A DNA stretch of 64,000 bases, counting the filler, from Sanchytrium tribonematis (Eukaryota), in assembly GCA_018985235.1 (NCBI GenBank). It is 12 parts of 12 records of this genome, joined end to end, with 100 filler letters (N's around TTAATTAATTAA, not from the genome) between each part and the next. Parts side by side here need not be neighbours in the genome. Positions count along the whole stretch, not along the records: positions 1 to 22,758 come from JADGIG010000080.1; positions 22,859 to 26,562 come from JADGIG010000818.1; 10 more parts are not named here. One strand, written 5' to 3'. The translations under genes were made by a program, and so were the position numbers. Below the pieces are notes generated by a model. That model had not been told where the DNA came from and searched no databases. It saw only the letters and a list, made by a program, of their open reading frames with translations. Positions 12,403-25,146 of the stretch are shown here, piece after piece. Each line of letters opens with the position of its first letter. Position 1 is the stretch's first letter.

Positions 12403-13339
12403 ATGACTCCCGATGATTTAGAAGTTTGTATTTCGACTCTTATGAACTGTCAACTACTAAAAGAGACTCAAGTCAAATTTCTTTGCGAGAAGGCAAGAGA
12501 AATATTGGTTGAGGAGAGCAATGTTCAGCCAGTTAAAGCTCCGGTAACAATCTGCGGTGACATTCACGGACAATTGCATGATTTGTTAGAGCTTTTCAAA
12601 ATTGGTGGAGTGGTACCAGATACTAACTACTTATTTATGGGTGACTATGTGGACAGAGGTTATTATTCAGTTGAAACGGTGTCGTTATTGGTTTGCTTGA
12701 AAGTTCGATATCCTCATCGTATTACTATACTTAGAGGAAATCATGAAAGTAGGCAAATTACTCAAGTTTATGGATTTTATGACGAATGTCTTAGAAAATA
12801 CGGAAACGCTAATGTTTGGAAATTTTTTACTGATCTTTTTGATTATTTACCACTCACTGCATTAGTGGAAGACCAAATCTTTTGTTTACATGGTGGTCTA
12901 TCGCCTTCAATTGATTTGTTAGATCACATCAAGTCTTTGGATAGAATTCAAGAAATTCCACATGAGGGACCTATGTAAAACTCTTTAATTTAGGTGTGAT
13001 TTACTTTGGAGTGATCCTGATGAAAGATGTGGATGGGGGATATCCCCTCGAGGAGCTGGTTATACATTTGGCCAAGACATAAGTGAAGCTTTCAATCACA
13101 ATAATAATTTAACATTAGTAGCTCGAGCTCATCAACTTGTGATGGAGGGATATGCATGGGCTCATGATCGCAATGTTGTTACAATATTTTCTGCTCCCAA
13201 TTACTGTTACAGATGTGGCAACCAAGCAGCAATTATGGAATTTGATGAAAAAATGAAGTACGAATTCCTTCAATTTGATCCTGCTCCACGAAAAGGGGAA
13301 CCTCAAGTTACCCGCCGTACACCAGATTACTTTTTATAA
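12403..13339 (+). CDS. PPH21: PP2A catalytic subunit; 2 exons, intron 12975-12993
   Basis: [29 protein letters not shown] after splicing, [11 protein letters not shown] and C-terminal TPDYFL. Confidence 0.95.
12975..12993 (+). other. 19-nt GT-AG intron gtaaaactctttaatttag
   Basis: Restores conserved [13 protein letters not shown]. Confidence 0.95.
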
Positions 13340-13368
13340 ATAAATCCTATCATTGAAAATCTAAAGGG

Positions 13369-16300
13369 ATGACACAGGCAACTTTTGACCGGCCTATCGA
13401 TGTTCAAAGTCTCATCGAAACAAAACTGAATGTCACTGTTGATATGGACTTGGCATTTCATTTAAAGGAAAAAATATTGTATATGGATGGAGGTATGGGT
13501 ACAATGATTCAAGAATACAAGTTGGAGGAGAATGACTATAGAGGGGAATTATTAAAAAATCATGACTCGGATTTAAAAGGCAACAATGACATTTTGTCAA
13601 TTACACGTCCAGAAATTATTAAAGAAATTCACCTGAAATACCTTCAGTTTAGTGATATCATAGAGACAAACACATTTAGCAGCACCCAAACTGCACAGGC
13701 CGATTACAACTGTCAGCATCTTGCATATGAGCTTAATTTTAAGTCGGCTTTAATCGCAAAGGAGTGTTGTATACAGACAATGAATGAGATTATGGAGCCA
13801 AGATGGGTTGCTGGTTCTCTCGGCCCAACAAACAGAACTTTGAGCATAAGTCCGAGCGTCGAAAATCCTGCTTATAGAAACATTACATTTATGGAGCTTG
13901 TTGATGTTTATAAAGAGCAAGTTAAAGGACTGATTGCAGGAGGTGTGGATCTCTTATTGGTTGAAACCATATTTGACACTCTCAATGCAAAAGCTGCAAT
14001 ATACGCAATTAAAGATCTAGAAGAGCTTCGAGAGATACCAAAACTCCCGTTATTTATAAGCGGCACCATTACTGATCAAAGTGGCAGAACACTAAGTGGT
14101 CAAACAGGTGAAGCTTTCGTGATATCCATGGATCATGGCGATCCTTTAGCTATCGGATTAAATTGTGCATTGGGTGCCGATCTCATGAAACCTTTTATGT
14201 CGAATATTTCCACTTTCACTCGACATTTCACTCTTTGCTACCCAAACGCTGGATTGCCCAATACATTTGGCGAATATGATGAGACTCCGGATTCTATGGC
14301 TGCCCAAATAGTAGAATTCGTCAAAGACGGGCTTGTGAACATCATTGGTGGCTGTTGTGGGACTACTCCAGCACATATACAAGCAATCAGAAATGCCACC
14401 AAAGACTATAAACCTAGATTGAAGCCCTCAACCGATCACACTCAGAATTATTTCTGTTTAAGTGGATTAGAACCAATGATACAGCTTGAAAACATTAGAT
14501 TTATCAACATCGGGGAAAGATGTAATGTCAGTGGAAGTCGAAAATTCGCAAGATTAATCAGAAATAATGAATTTGAAGACGCTTTAACTATAGCTCGAGC
14601 TCAAATAGAGAATGGAGCTCAAATTATTGATATAAATGTAGACGATGGTATGATTGATGGTGAAACAACAATGCGAAAATTCTGTAATTTGATTATCCCT
14701 GAACCGGATTGCTCTAAAGTTCCAATTATGGTGGATTCAAGCAACTTTGCAGTGATAAGGAATGGATTGGAATGTTTGCAGGGAAAGTGCATTGTCAATA
14801 GCATTTCTCTTAAGGAAGGAGAAGTAGACTTTCTTAAAAAGGCACGGGAGATTAAAAAATTTGGAGCTGCTGTTGTTGTGATGGCATTTGACGAAAATGG
14901 CCAGGCGGCAGATTGTGATGAAAAAGTTCGCATTTGCTGTCGCAGTTATGAATTACTTGTAGGAATAGGTTTTAATCCAAAGGATATCGTATTTGATCCA
15001 AATATACTGACAATTTGCACCGGTATGTCTGAGCATGACAACTACGCCGTTGAATTTATCAATGCTGCAAAAATTATACGGGAAAAATGTCCAGGATGTG
15101 GGATTAGTGGTGGTGTCAGTAACGTTTCCTTTAGCTTTAGAGGAAAAGAAGTTATAAGAGAAGCAATGCATTCTGTATTTTTATATCATGCCATCAAAAA
15201 TGGCTTATCAATGGGAATCGTAAATAGTGGTTTCTTGACTGTTTACGATGAAATCGATAAACATTTATTAAAACTATGTGAGAATGCCATACACAACGCT
15301 GATCCGGATGTGACAGAAAAACTTCTGACTTTTGCTGAAAATACTTCAGGCAAAGTTGCCCAAGTCAATGTACAAGAATGGCGGTCTCTTGCTGTAGAAG
15401 AAAGACTAAAGCACGCACTAGTGAAAGGAATTGCTGACTTTGTGGAAGTGGATGTTGAAGAGGCTCGTCAATCTTATGAAAGGCCTCTCCATATAATCGA
15501 AGGCCCCCTAATGAGTGGAATGCAAGTAGTTGGTGATTTTTTTGGGCAGGGCAAAATGTTTTTGCCACAGGTAATCAAAAGCGCAAGGGTTATGAAAAGA
15601 GCTGTGGCGTACTTGATACCATTCATGGAAGAAGAAAGGTTATCCAGTTTAGAAGACACTTCTGGAGATATGTATAACGGTACTGTGGTTATAGCAACGG
15701 TTAAAGGAGATGTTCATGATATTGGAAAAAATATTGTCGCAGTGGTTCTTGGCTGCAACAATTTTAGAGTAATAGATTTAGGAGTCATGTGCCCTTGCAA
15801 AACCATTTTAGAAAAAGCGGTTGAAGTAAAGGCAGACGTAATTGGACTATCAGGTCTTATTACTCCCAGTTTAGATGAAATGATTTCTGTTGCAAGAGAA
15901 ATGGAAAAAAGGGAATTAAAGTTTCCTTTGCTCATAGGTGGCGCTACGACGAGCAAAATGCACACTGCTGTTAAAATTTCCCCAAAATATTCACAACCAG
16001 TTGTCCATGTGCTGGATGCCTCCAGAAGCGTGGTAGTAGTTAACAACTTGATTGATGAAAATAGAAAGCTCGATTATATGGAAGATCTGAATGAAGAATA
16101 TGATGAACTGCGAACCGAGCATTATGAAGGACTCCTAGAGCGTAAATTCTTGTCTTTAGAGCAATGTCGAGGGAAAAAAGGAATATATAATCACATTATT
16201 TGTAAGCCTGCTTCAATTGGTGTTTTCTCCATAAAAGATTTTGATTTGAGTAGGTTAGTGGATAAGATTGACTGGAATCCATTTTTCGTCATTTGGCAAC

Positions 16301-17156
16301 TTCGTGGCAAGTATCCCAATAGAGGCTATCCAAAAATTTTTAATGACCCGGATGTAGGAGAAGAGGCCGTTAAATTATTCAACGATGCTAACAATCTAAT
16401 TAAGGAGATTATAGCCAAAAAATTAATGGTTGCAAACGGAGTTTTTGGAATTTTTCCTGCAAAACAATCTGGAGATGATATTTCAGTGTATGATGCTTCA
16501 TTTGAAAAAGTAGAGGCCGTTTTACACGGTCTTAGACAACAAGCAGAACATGAAATAGACGAGTATCTTTGTCTTAGTGACTTTATATCTCCATCCGAAA
16601 AAGATTACATTGGCATGTTTGCTGTGGGAATATTTGGAGCCGAGGAGCTTTCAGATATGTATGAAAAAAAACATCTCGACGACTACAATTCTATCATGAC
16701 CAAGGCCGTAGCTGATCGATTAGCTGAGGCATTTGCCGAAGTTTTACATGAGGATGTTCGTAAGAAGCACTGGGGATATGCAAGTGATGAAGATTTTGAT
16801 TCAAAGGAACTCCTGAGCATATCGTATTCAGGCATTCGACCGGCTCCAGGTATTTAATTTTAACAAAGGATATCCATCACAGCCGGATCACACTGAAAAA
16901 TTAACGATATGGAAATTATTAAATTGCGAAGAAAATTGCGGGGTAACTTTAACTGAGTCATTGGCGATGAATCCGGCAGCCTCAGTTTCTGGGCTTTATT
17001 TTGCAAATCGAGAATCTAAATATTTCGCAGTGGGTAAGATTTCGAAAGACCAGGTTCAAGATTATGCAAAGCGCAAGGATATGAAGATTGAAGATGTGGA
17101 GAGATGGCTTTCGCCTATTCTTTCATACGGTAGCATTCATTCACGTAGAAATATAA
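13369..17156 (+). CDS. metH: Cobalamin-dependent methionine synthase (MetH/MTR); introns 16850-16868 and 17130-17148
   Basis: [30 protein letters not shown] (B12 ligand), [12 protein letters not shown] and [11 protein letters not shown]. Confidence 0.95.
16850..16868 (+). other. 19-nt GT-AG intron gtatttaattttaacaaag
   Basis: Restores conserved [17 protein letters not shown]. Confidence 0.95.
17130..17148 (+). other. 19-nt GT-AG intron gtagcattcattcacgtag
   Basis: Gives a normal short MetH end (LSPILSYEI*) and removes the overlap with SET1; fits the intron consensus. Confidence 0.75.
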
Positions 17157-17207
17157 TTTTTATCAATTTTGTTCTGGTAATAAATTGTGGCAATTTTTCA
17201 AGAAACA

Positions 17208-19020
17208 ATGGAGAAATCTCTTAAGTCGGCGTTTCCCTTGACCAAGGATATGATCGAGTCAGAGTTACCATGCAAAGTTCGTGAATTTGACGGAACATTT
17301 GCGATTATTGAGGAATCAAAACCAAGTTTGAAAGATGGACATTTCAGTTTTTCAAATGATGTGCCTAGCATAATTGAACCAGCTAAACGGCGACCTTTAA
17401 ACAAGATCGAGGAAGGTTATACGATAACTTTTAATAAAGAAAATGCTACTCCCCTAACAGAGATCGAAGGGAACGTCACTTTGGGACTAACAATGCCTGA
17501 TGTATATCCGTTCTTGCATATTAAAGGACTCAGCGACTTCACCAAAATTACTGGTCATAAGACTATCGGCTACAACGAGTGCGTGGTTACAGGGCTTTCA
17601 GTCAAAGATATGGAGAAACTGCGAAGTTCAATTTACAAGGATGTGAAGGATGCCTCAGGATCAATAGAATTGTTCATTTCGCCTCGTCCGACATCGCCTG
17701 AAAATCTAGAACGATTTAATCCAAAGGAATTTTTTGTCAAAAAATTACGAGACAGAATAGAAGAGGATGTATGGAAATTGGTCGATAAAATATACGAAAA
17801 AAACTTCTCCAGAAATGAGTCGAACAATCTTGAATTAAGCTCTGCTAATTTTGATCCGATAAAGCTGGAACAAGTATTTAATAATTCCTCAAGTAAAAAG
17901 AAAACTAAGAGATCGGTTGTCGAAATTTTCGAGACATCCGGAAGCTCTGATGGTGCTTTTATAGCAGAACTTGACAGTCAAATTTTAGCGCTTCATCCAA
18001 AAAAGGTGAAAAAAGTTAAAAAGAAAGTCGCTTCGAAGGCAAAAAAATCTGAGAAAGAAAAGTTAAAAAAATCTCTGCATCATATCAGCCTTCTTGATAG
18101 ATCATCAGATCTAAAATTGTATGATTTCGACGATATTGTAGCTAAAGATTTTGTTAATTTTGATTACGTTTGCCCTAGAAGGTCTGGTGATTTTGTGGAA
18201 AACAGACTTGGAATGGACGAAGAAGATCGTCTTGCTTATTCTTTTGCACTAAATCCTAAATTTGACTTGACAGATGAAGAAAAGTACAATTTTAAAATAG
18301 TTCTTATGGAAGCGGGTGAATGTCAGAGGGAATTGCCGCATCGCACCATAGATTATGAAGAAAAGGTTCGCTACCTTCCACAGAGAGCCAAATACAGACT
18401 AGAATTGCCGCATTTACCTTCTGTTGATCCTAAAAAAGTTGCCGATTTAAGTGACACAAGGGCGTCTTTAAGAGCAGCCAGAGCAGAGCAACGAAGGCTG
18501 GAAAGAGATTTAGAAAAAACACGTGCTGAGGAAAGCGAAGCATTCAAGTTTAATCAGCTTAAAGTTAGAAAGAAAAAACTATTGTTTGCCAAGTCCTTCA
18601 TTCACTCATGGGGCCTTTTTGCCAGAGAGGTAATACCAAAAGGTGAAATGGTTATTGAGTATGTTGGAGAAGTCGTAAGGGCGAAAATTTCGGATTTTAG
18701 AGAACAAGTATACGCATTAGAAGGTATGCACTCGAGCTATTTTTTTAGAATCGATGAAGATCTTGTCATTGACGCTACCTATGTAGGAAATTTTGCTAGA
18801 TTTATTAATCATTGGTAATCTCTATTCATGCAGCTGTGACCCAAATTGCTATGCGAAAACAATAACAGTTGATGGAAAAAAGAAAGTTGTTATATACGCA
18901 GGTAGGGATATTAAGGTAAGTGAAGAAATTACCTACGATTACAAATTTCCAGAGGAAGACATTAGTCTGAAAGTCAAGTGCTTTTGCGGAGCCAGAACAT
19001 GCAGGGGTTCATTGAATTAA
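17208..19020 (+). CDS. SET1: Set1-like H3K4 methyltransferase; intron 18815-18833
   Basis: [58 protein letters not shown] and post-[16 protein letters not shown]. Confidence 0.9.
18815..18833 (+). other. 19-nt GT-AG intron gtaatctctattcatgcag
   Basis: Restores SET motif RFINHCCDPNC. Confidence 0.95.
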
Positions 19021-19036
19021 ATCAACTTCATTAAAT

Positions 19037-20462
19037 TTATTGGGTCCAATTTTCGGTCAAGTATGCCTGTAGTTGTCTTAAATCAATTGTGCCAATCGCA
19101 AAGAAATAATACACAGCTCTCTCATAAAATTCATATTTTAGCACGTCCTGGCATTCTGAATCCTTAAAAATACAATTATCTAGTAGACGCCTTAGTTGGT
19201 GGGGTAGAAAATGGCGCTCCATTTTGATTAAGTTTTGAAATGTACTGCCAGGTTTGCCTCGCTTACGGTAGTATTGCTTAAATAAGTGATCAAGCTGATC
19301 ATTTTTGTTGAATGGCTTATTCATGTCAATAAGTAGATGAGTTAGAATAGGTGCAGCGGAGTAAGAAAACGGATTCCATGTTGCACTTGTTTGAGTTAGC
19401 TGTTGCAGTCTCTGTCGAACTGAGAGTCTTTCATAGGGTGTCATACTTTTTTCGACTGTCATTAAACAAAATATTTTCATATACCAAACCACAAAATTTA
19501 GAAATGCTGGGTGATCAGAGTTGAACCTATTGGATTGAAGGTTATTTAAAATCTCGATTATACCGTCAATATTTCTTTCTTCTAAATAAACCAGCATAGA
19601 TTTTGGAGATCTTTTATCCCTTAGCAATTTTGTCAACGATGGTACTCGTTTATAAACAACACCCATAGATAATAGATGCTCTTTCATCCAGCCTAAGTAA
19701 ATTAGATTTACCTTGGAGACCATGATATAAATCCACTTGAGAGCACGGAGCTAAGATTTTCTTGTAGTGAGTTCTCAAAGGAATGCTCTTGTCAGGATTT
19801 AAAATTAAATAATAATTATCAGATTTCTTGTACATATCAACGCAAATCAACATAGCTGTAGACTCGTCAATTTCTACATTAATGAGTCTGCAAACGACTA
19901 CAAACAAACTTACAACACTTTGTGCATATTGAAGAAATCCCATAATATCCTCCAATTTGATTAATGTTCTAGCACCACCCTGAAATCGTTCCTCGAATTT
20001 AAAGAATTGCTGGCTGGGCGTCAAGTAAAGTTCTACTAGTTTGGAAAATTCAACACCATTATTTACAACCTTTAATTCGGACAGCCATTTGACACAGTTA
20101 AAAACCCAAAGAACTAACTCTTGAAATTCATCCATTGATGGATTTGGTGCAACCTGGTATTCGCTAAATGCAGAAATAGATTCGCAAGATTTATATCTTT
20201 GTAAAACTTCAACACTTGTAATGCACTTCACAGAATTTAGTACAGATTTGAGATAAACAATTACTTCTGGAATATGAATTGGATTGCAATTTAAATTTTT
20301 GAGTTTTCGAATTTGTGCATCTAAATCCTGAGCGTAATTAAGTCTCCATTTTCTAAGCAATATGCTCATATGGATGCCTTGAAAATAGGAAAATAAGATT
20401 TCCTCATATGGCTCGTAATGCCGCAATAATGTTGACAAGAGTATTCGCTGACAGTCAGACAT
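19037..20462 (-). CDS. Hypothetical protein; 2 exons, intron 19693-19711
   Basis: Two overlapping ORFs join in frame (HGLQG|WMKEH) when 19 nt are removed. Confidence 0.7.
19693..19711 (-). other. 19-nt GT-AG intron gtaaatctaatttacttag
   Basis: Frame restoration and fit to the intron consensus. Confidence 0.8.
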
Positions 20463-20577
20463 GTACTCAGAATGAGCTTTCTACTTTTAAAGACGTCACA
20501 TACCACATACCAATTTGGCACCAATCAAATTTATTAAATTTGCCGCCTCATCCGACTGGCAATTGAGGCAAAAATAT

Positions 20578-21471
20578 TTATTTCAAATTTCGATGCAACA
20601 GATAGCATGCGTGCAACACAAGAAGTATATAGCATTTCCACTCATTGCCAATTGACCATTGGGATTCATTTGGAACAAAAGTTTCCGTGTACAATATCAA
20701 TAAGAAAGGATGAAAAATTAAATTCGGAATGTCAAATTTTAAGCGGATTGAGCTCAATAATACACTTTTCAAGACCAAATCCCAGAAGTTTTTTTGGAAT
20801 GCAGTTCCAATAAGTTCTTTCCAATGTCTTATTTTATAGAATGACTCTATTGACAAGAGCGACACACTAGATTTGAAAGTATTGTTCGCATTACCGGGGA
20901 GTGTTAGCCAATGAAAACAGCATAGGAATACAATTATTGGACCTGTAACTGGTTCCGTTTGCTTATAAAACATTAAAAATAATGACATATGAACATATAA
21001 AACAACAAAATAAGAGTGATCCAGTTTTTTAATAGATAATAAAATATACATGTATATTGAGAAGCATAGTGCCAATGTGATTAGCTTTTTCCCCCAGCTG
21101 TAGTCAGCTACTTTGGTATCCAAATACATTATAAGGAAAATAACTAGACTTGGTTCAATTATAAATATTGCAAATTTAAAAAATTGAATCAGATTTGAAT
21201 AGTAAATTACAAGATTGGACCATGGTTCTTGTAATTTATAAGGCGCGCTGTTAAAAAAGAAGTGCCTAAAGACTGAAAAGCCATTCAAGTTTAAGTATAA
21301 TTGTAATGTGGTGCTAATAAAGGGAATTCTGGTCAAAGAGACTAAATGACCTAACAAGTAGCCAAGCGATAAGTTAAGACCCGATTCTTCGTTTATGCTA
21401 AAGGACAATGGTAATAAGATTGCAGACGATATTGGGAGGCAATTTCTAATAGCTGTAGTTAATAGCCCCAT
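20578..21471 (-). CDS. Multi-pass membrane protein, possibly ICE2-like
   Basis: Several hydrophobic segments; N-terminal LPLSF...GLNLSL resembles ICE2 (weak). Confidence 0.5.
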   Translation of the reverse strand: MGLLTTAIRNCLPISSAILLPLSFSINEESGLNLSLGYLLGHLVSLTRIPFISTTLQLYLNLNGFSVFRHFFFNSAPYKLQEPWSNLVIYYSNLIQFFKFAIFIIEPSLVIFLIMYLDTKVADYSWGKKLITLALCFSIYMYILLSIKKLDHSYFVVLYVHMSLFLMFYKQTEPVTGPIIVFLCCFHWLTLPGNANNTFKSSVSLLSIESFYKIRHWKELIGTAFQKNFWDLVLKSVLLSSIRLKFDIPNLIFHPFLLILYTETFVPNESQWSIGNEWKCYILLVLHACYLLHRNLK

Positions 21472-21474
21472 TGT

Positions 21475-21771
21475 ATGAAACAGATAAATAAATTACCATC
21501 TTTAAGACTGACAAGCAAGTATTCCGAGAGTGATAGAGTCTACAAATATAGTGCTGCATTGGTTTTGAAGGCTAAGGTTACTAGGAAAAGAATAACTCAA
21601 CGCAATAATGGTATCCTCAGTTACAAGCGAGACATTTCAAAAAAAATTGTAGCTCTCGACAACCAAATTGTACATAAATCTTTAATTAAGAAAAAGTATT
21701 TAAATCTCAAATCTTTTATTGATATCTACTACGAATTGGAAAATGAAATTAGCAGATGCAAATCTCAATGA
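21475..21771 (+). CDS. Small basic hypothetical protein
   Basis: 98-aa ORF exactly filling the gap between its neighbours. Confidence 0.45.
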   Translation: MKQINKLPSLRLTSKYSESDRVYKYSAALVLKAKVTRKRITQRNNGILSYKRDISKKIVALDNQIVHKSLIKKKYLNLKSFIDIYYELENEISRCKSQ

Positions 21772-22758
21772 CGGGACTTTTTGCTTACTTGAACAACCGA
21801 TTCGTCAGAGGATCGCTTTACACCAGACGAAATAAATTCAATCTCGAATTCATCCTGAACTACTTCTTCGATTCCCGAACTAGAATCATTTTCATTATAA
21901 TATTGAATTTGGCGTTCTTTAAAATGTATATCTCCGACTAACTTTAATCCACTCGCTACCCTTAATTAAAAATTATTACCTGTTACTAGAGACAAGTATT
22001 TTCCACGGATAATAGCCTTCAAACATCACAGTGAAATATTTCTCGTCCCTTATGAAATCAAGTAACAGTCTCTCTAAATTATCCTCGAATTCGGGATCAT
22101 AAACCAAACCACTGGATGTAAATATTTCGAAATCAGTAGACTTGATCAGTAGCAAAGAATCAACTAAAGATTTTAATTTGGAATTCTCGGAAAACTTGAG
22201 AGTTAGGAAAGTTGCGTTGCATACAAGACAGCCTGGTAGGGTCCCGGTAGAATTATATGATACAAGTACATCCGGTCTATTTGACTCAATGGACAATAAA
22301 TTAACTGGACCTAATATAATATTCTTAAAGCCGTTTTTTAACAAGAGTTTTTTTGACATTAATGCCGCTACACCAGAAACAATAGCATTAGTGGTGGCAA
22401 CGATCGGTATGATTTTCCCTGCCATGGCTTTAATCTTGAAGATATTTTCTAACTTTAGATTAAAGCAATAAGCGCGCAAATTAGAACACGCACCTAAAAA
22501 TAATAAAGTATCCTTATCATCTTTGTCAAATTTAATTAATTCTCCTTCATTGAATCGCCTTTGCAATTTTATAATGTACTTCTTGAACAATTTGGCATAA
22601 TAATCAATATCACAATCTTCTAGTGGGTTTTTTTCAATTAAATTGCCACTTAACTGATTCGAAGAAATGGCGATGGGAGCGTTCGATTTCCATTCCTTCA
22701 TGGAAGCTATGGTTTTGATATCTGATTGGAATATTTTTTCAAAAACCTTTATGTAATA
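21765..22758 (-). CDS. UBA2: SUMO E1 subunit Uba2, C-terminal part (5' truncated at contig end); intron 21961-21979
   Basis: FDKDD, SNLRA, KAMAGKIIPIVATTNAIVSG and CLVC; spliced last exon gives an acidic tail ending KRSSDESVVQVSKKSRH*. Confidence 0.85.
21961..21979 (-). other. 19-nt GT-AG intron gtaataatttttaattaag
   Basis: Opens a 65-codon terminal exon not seen in the ORF track. Confidence 0.8.
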
Positions 22759-22858
22759 NNNNNNNNNNNNNNNNNNNNNNNNNNNNNNNNNNNNNNNNNN
22801 NNTTAATTAATTAANNNNNNNNNNNNNNNNNNNNNNNNNNNNNNNNNNNNNNNNNNNN
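22759..22858. other. Artificial contig linker N44-TTAATTAATTAA-N44 (also at 26563, 30347, 34131, 37912, 41690, 45468, 49239, 53002, 56757 and 60509)
   Basis: Identical 100-bp spacer with stops in all six frames, present 11 times. Confidence 0.97.
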
Positions 22859-23289
22859 AACGGAAACGAGCTATCGGCTCTATTGAAACTGTTTAATGTC
22901 AATGTGTCTTCATATTTGACGGAAGCTTACAGTATGGCTAGACGTACAATACAGGGTAGTATCAAGAACAAATAGGCTTTCACGGATGAGCTGGCGATCG
23001 AGCGAGAAGAGCATCAAAGAGACCAGGAGCATCCTTTTGAACGATAGAGGAGTATTGCAGATCATTAGGGGACGCATTCATTGTAAAAATGTTATAGGAA
23101 ACAAGTGGAAGAGACTCTCGGTTTTTTAGGACTACCGGGCGATCAAGTGAGCGTCTGGTTTACGAACAAGTTTGGACACGTGGTGAATTCTGGATCAGTG
23201 GATAATCGGGTTTGGGGAACGATCGGTCATTCCTTACATCTACTTACAGATATTTACAATTTACTTGATTTAAATAAGCAGTTGGATTA

Positions 23290-25130
23290 GCCAATCAGGT
23301 CATTACATGATTGAATTGGCAGATCATTTGGCAGGATTAAAAACTTCAAATCGACTAAATTTACTTTTCAATCTATCACTAAAACAACCAGGAATGGTAA
23401 ATCTGCTATTGTATATGTAAACAACTCATTTAATTATTCACAAATAAATTCAATTCCCAAAAAATTAGAATTTTAAAAAGAAACGTGTTGTATTTTATGA
23501 CCAACAATCCAACAATATGCCCAGTGTTGTCCTGCAGTGCTACGCAAATGCAATCCCTTTAATAAATCTGCAAACCAATTTCAGTGATCATCTTATGCTG
23601 AATTATGAAATTGATTTCAATAATAAATCAGATGTCATCATTTATTGGTAATGTCCCAGGTGGAGAATTAATAAACTTGAAGACACCTGCAAATGCTTTA
23701 TCAAATGTTATTTAAATTCCAAACTTAAGAAGTTTCGGAAAAGCAGCCAAAAATCGATGAATTGTTTAAATTAATAAATAATGCCCCACTCAAGGCTGAC
23801 AACTGCAGTTTTGGAAAAACAGTGAGACACAAGAAATTGTTTATGAGTTCTTTTTATAAGTCTGCTTATCAAAGAAGGGACAGTAACCATCAACTGGCAA
23901 ACAAAATTAACTCGCGTGCTAAATGTCTTTCTCTCAAATTTTTCGGGGTTAAAATCAACAGTCTTTCTAGATGTGGATTACTTAAAAGAATGAAATCAAA
24001 TGGAAGAACAAAATCAAGATTCCACCAACATCTTGATGTTTTCGCAAATGAACAACATCTCCGAAAGTGGCAGTCTAAATGGAATCTTTCCACCACAATC
24101 AATAACCCAGCTTTACCATCTGATCTGTCACGATCATGCTCAAATATTTCATTATAAATACTCAATGAGCATCTACACAATATCGGTGATTTTAAAAATA
24201 ATAAGTCAACTCCAGATGAATGCAAATCCTTAGAGAAATATTTGAAATACCTTCCTAATAATAAATCACCTGGTAAGGATCAAATTATGAATGAATACCT
24301 TAAATTTGCACCAGATAAATTCAAATCATTTATTTGTGCATTTTACAGTTCTATTTGCTTTGCAGGAATACATCCCTCTAAATTTAGTCAGAATATCATT
24401 GTACCTGTTCATAAATGTCGAAATCGTAAATTTAATGATATCATAACTTACAGACCAATTTGTCTTGCCTCTTTTTTAATAAATTGCTTGAATCTATTAT
24501 TAAGGTCATTGTGATGCCAGAATTGAAAACTTCATTCAATCAATTTGGATTTAAGGCTTTAGAAAAAAGAATCAATTATCTTAATTTTTAAGGGTCACAC
24601 ATTTAAATTTGTGCAGTGTGATGTAGCATAGATCACTTTGCCTTTCTAATTCTTGTCCAGGATATGACATTACCAACCAATATCAAATGTATTTTGATAA
24701 ATTTGGTAACAAAACAAAATTTACAAAATAGGAAAAAACCTTTCCAACCCCCAATCAGTTAATAAGGCAATATTACAAGGTGCAATGTTTTCTCCCCAAC
24801 TTTTTACTAAGATGATAGATGAGACAATGAATAGTGTAAAGCTGTTCACCATTTGGTATGCGGATGATCTTTTATTGGTTTTAAAAGATAACATGCCAGT
24901 TGAAAAGGCACTAGATGCAATTAGTGATTGTCTTGCAGTCATTGGTTTACATTTAAACCAATCAAAAACAGTCATTATTGATGAATAATATTCTACATGG
25001 CTGGGTTTTCAAATTAATCAATACGGAATGAATTTGAATATGCAAATTTAATACAATATCAAAAAATGCAACAGACAGCTGCAGTAATTGTATAAAGTGA
25101 GTGCTGAATTGAATAGATTTTAGTAAATAT
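23290..25130 (+). mobile_element. Heavily decayed LINE (APE-RT remnant)
   Basis: KSPGKDQI, YRPICL, QGAMFSP, WYADD and GLHLNQSKT in broken frames. Confidence 0.75.
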
Positions 25131-25146
25131 TTTTTGTAATAAACAA

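Noticed and set aside
14158..16046. Short antisense ORFs within MetH (likewise in POL2, GLT1, PDI and the Gypsy ORF)
   Set aside because: Shadows of long coding frames with no independent motifs
20481..20499. Possible 5' 19-nt intron gtgacgtctttaaaagtag (minus strand)
   Set aside because: Poor consensus fit and would add only a 3-codon exon; cannot be verified
21756..21941. 61-aa plus-strand ORF
   Set aside because: Antisense shadow of the spliced last exon of UBA2
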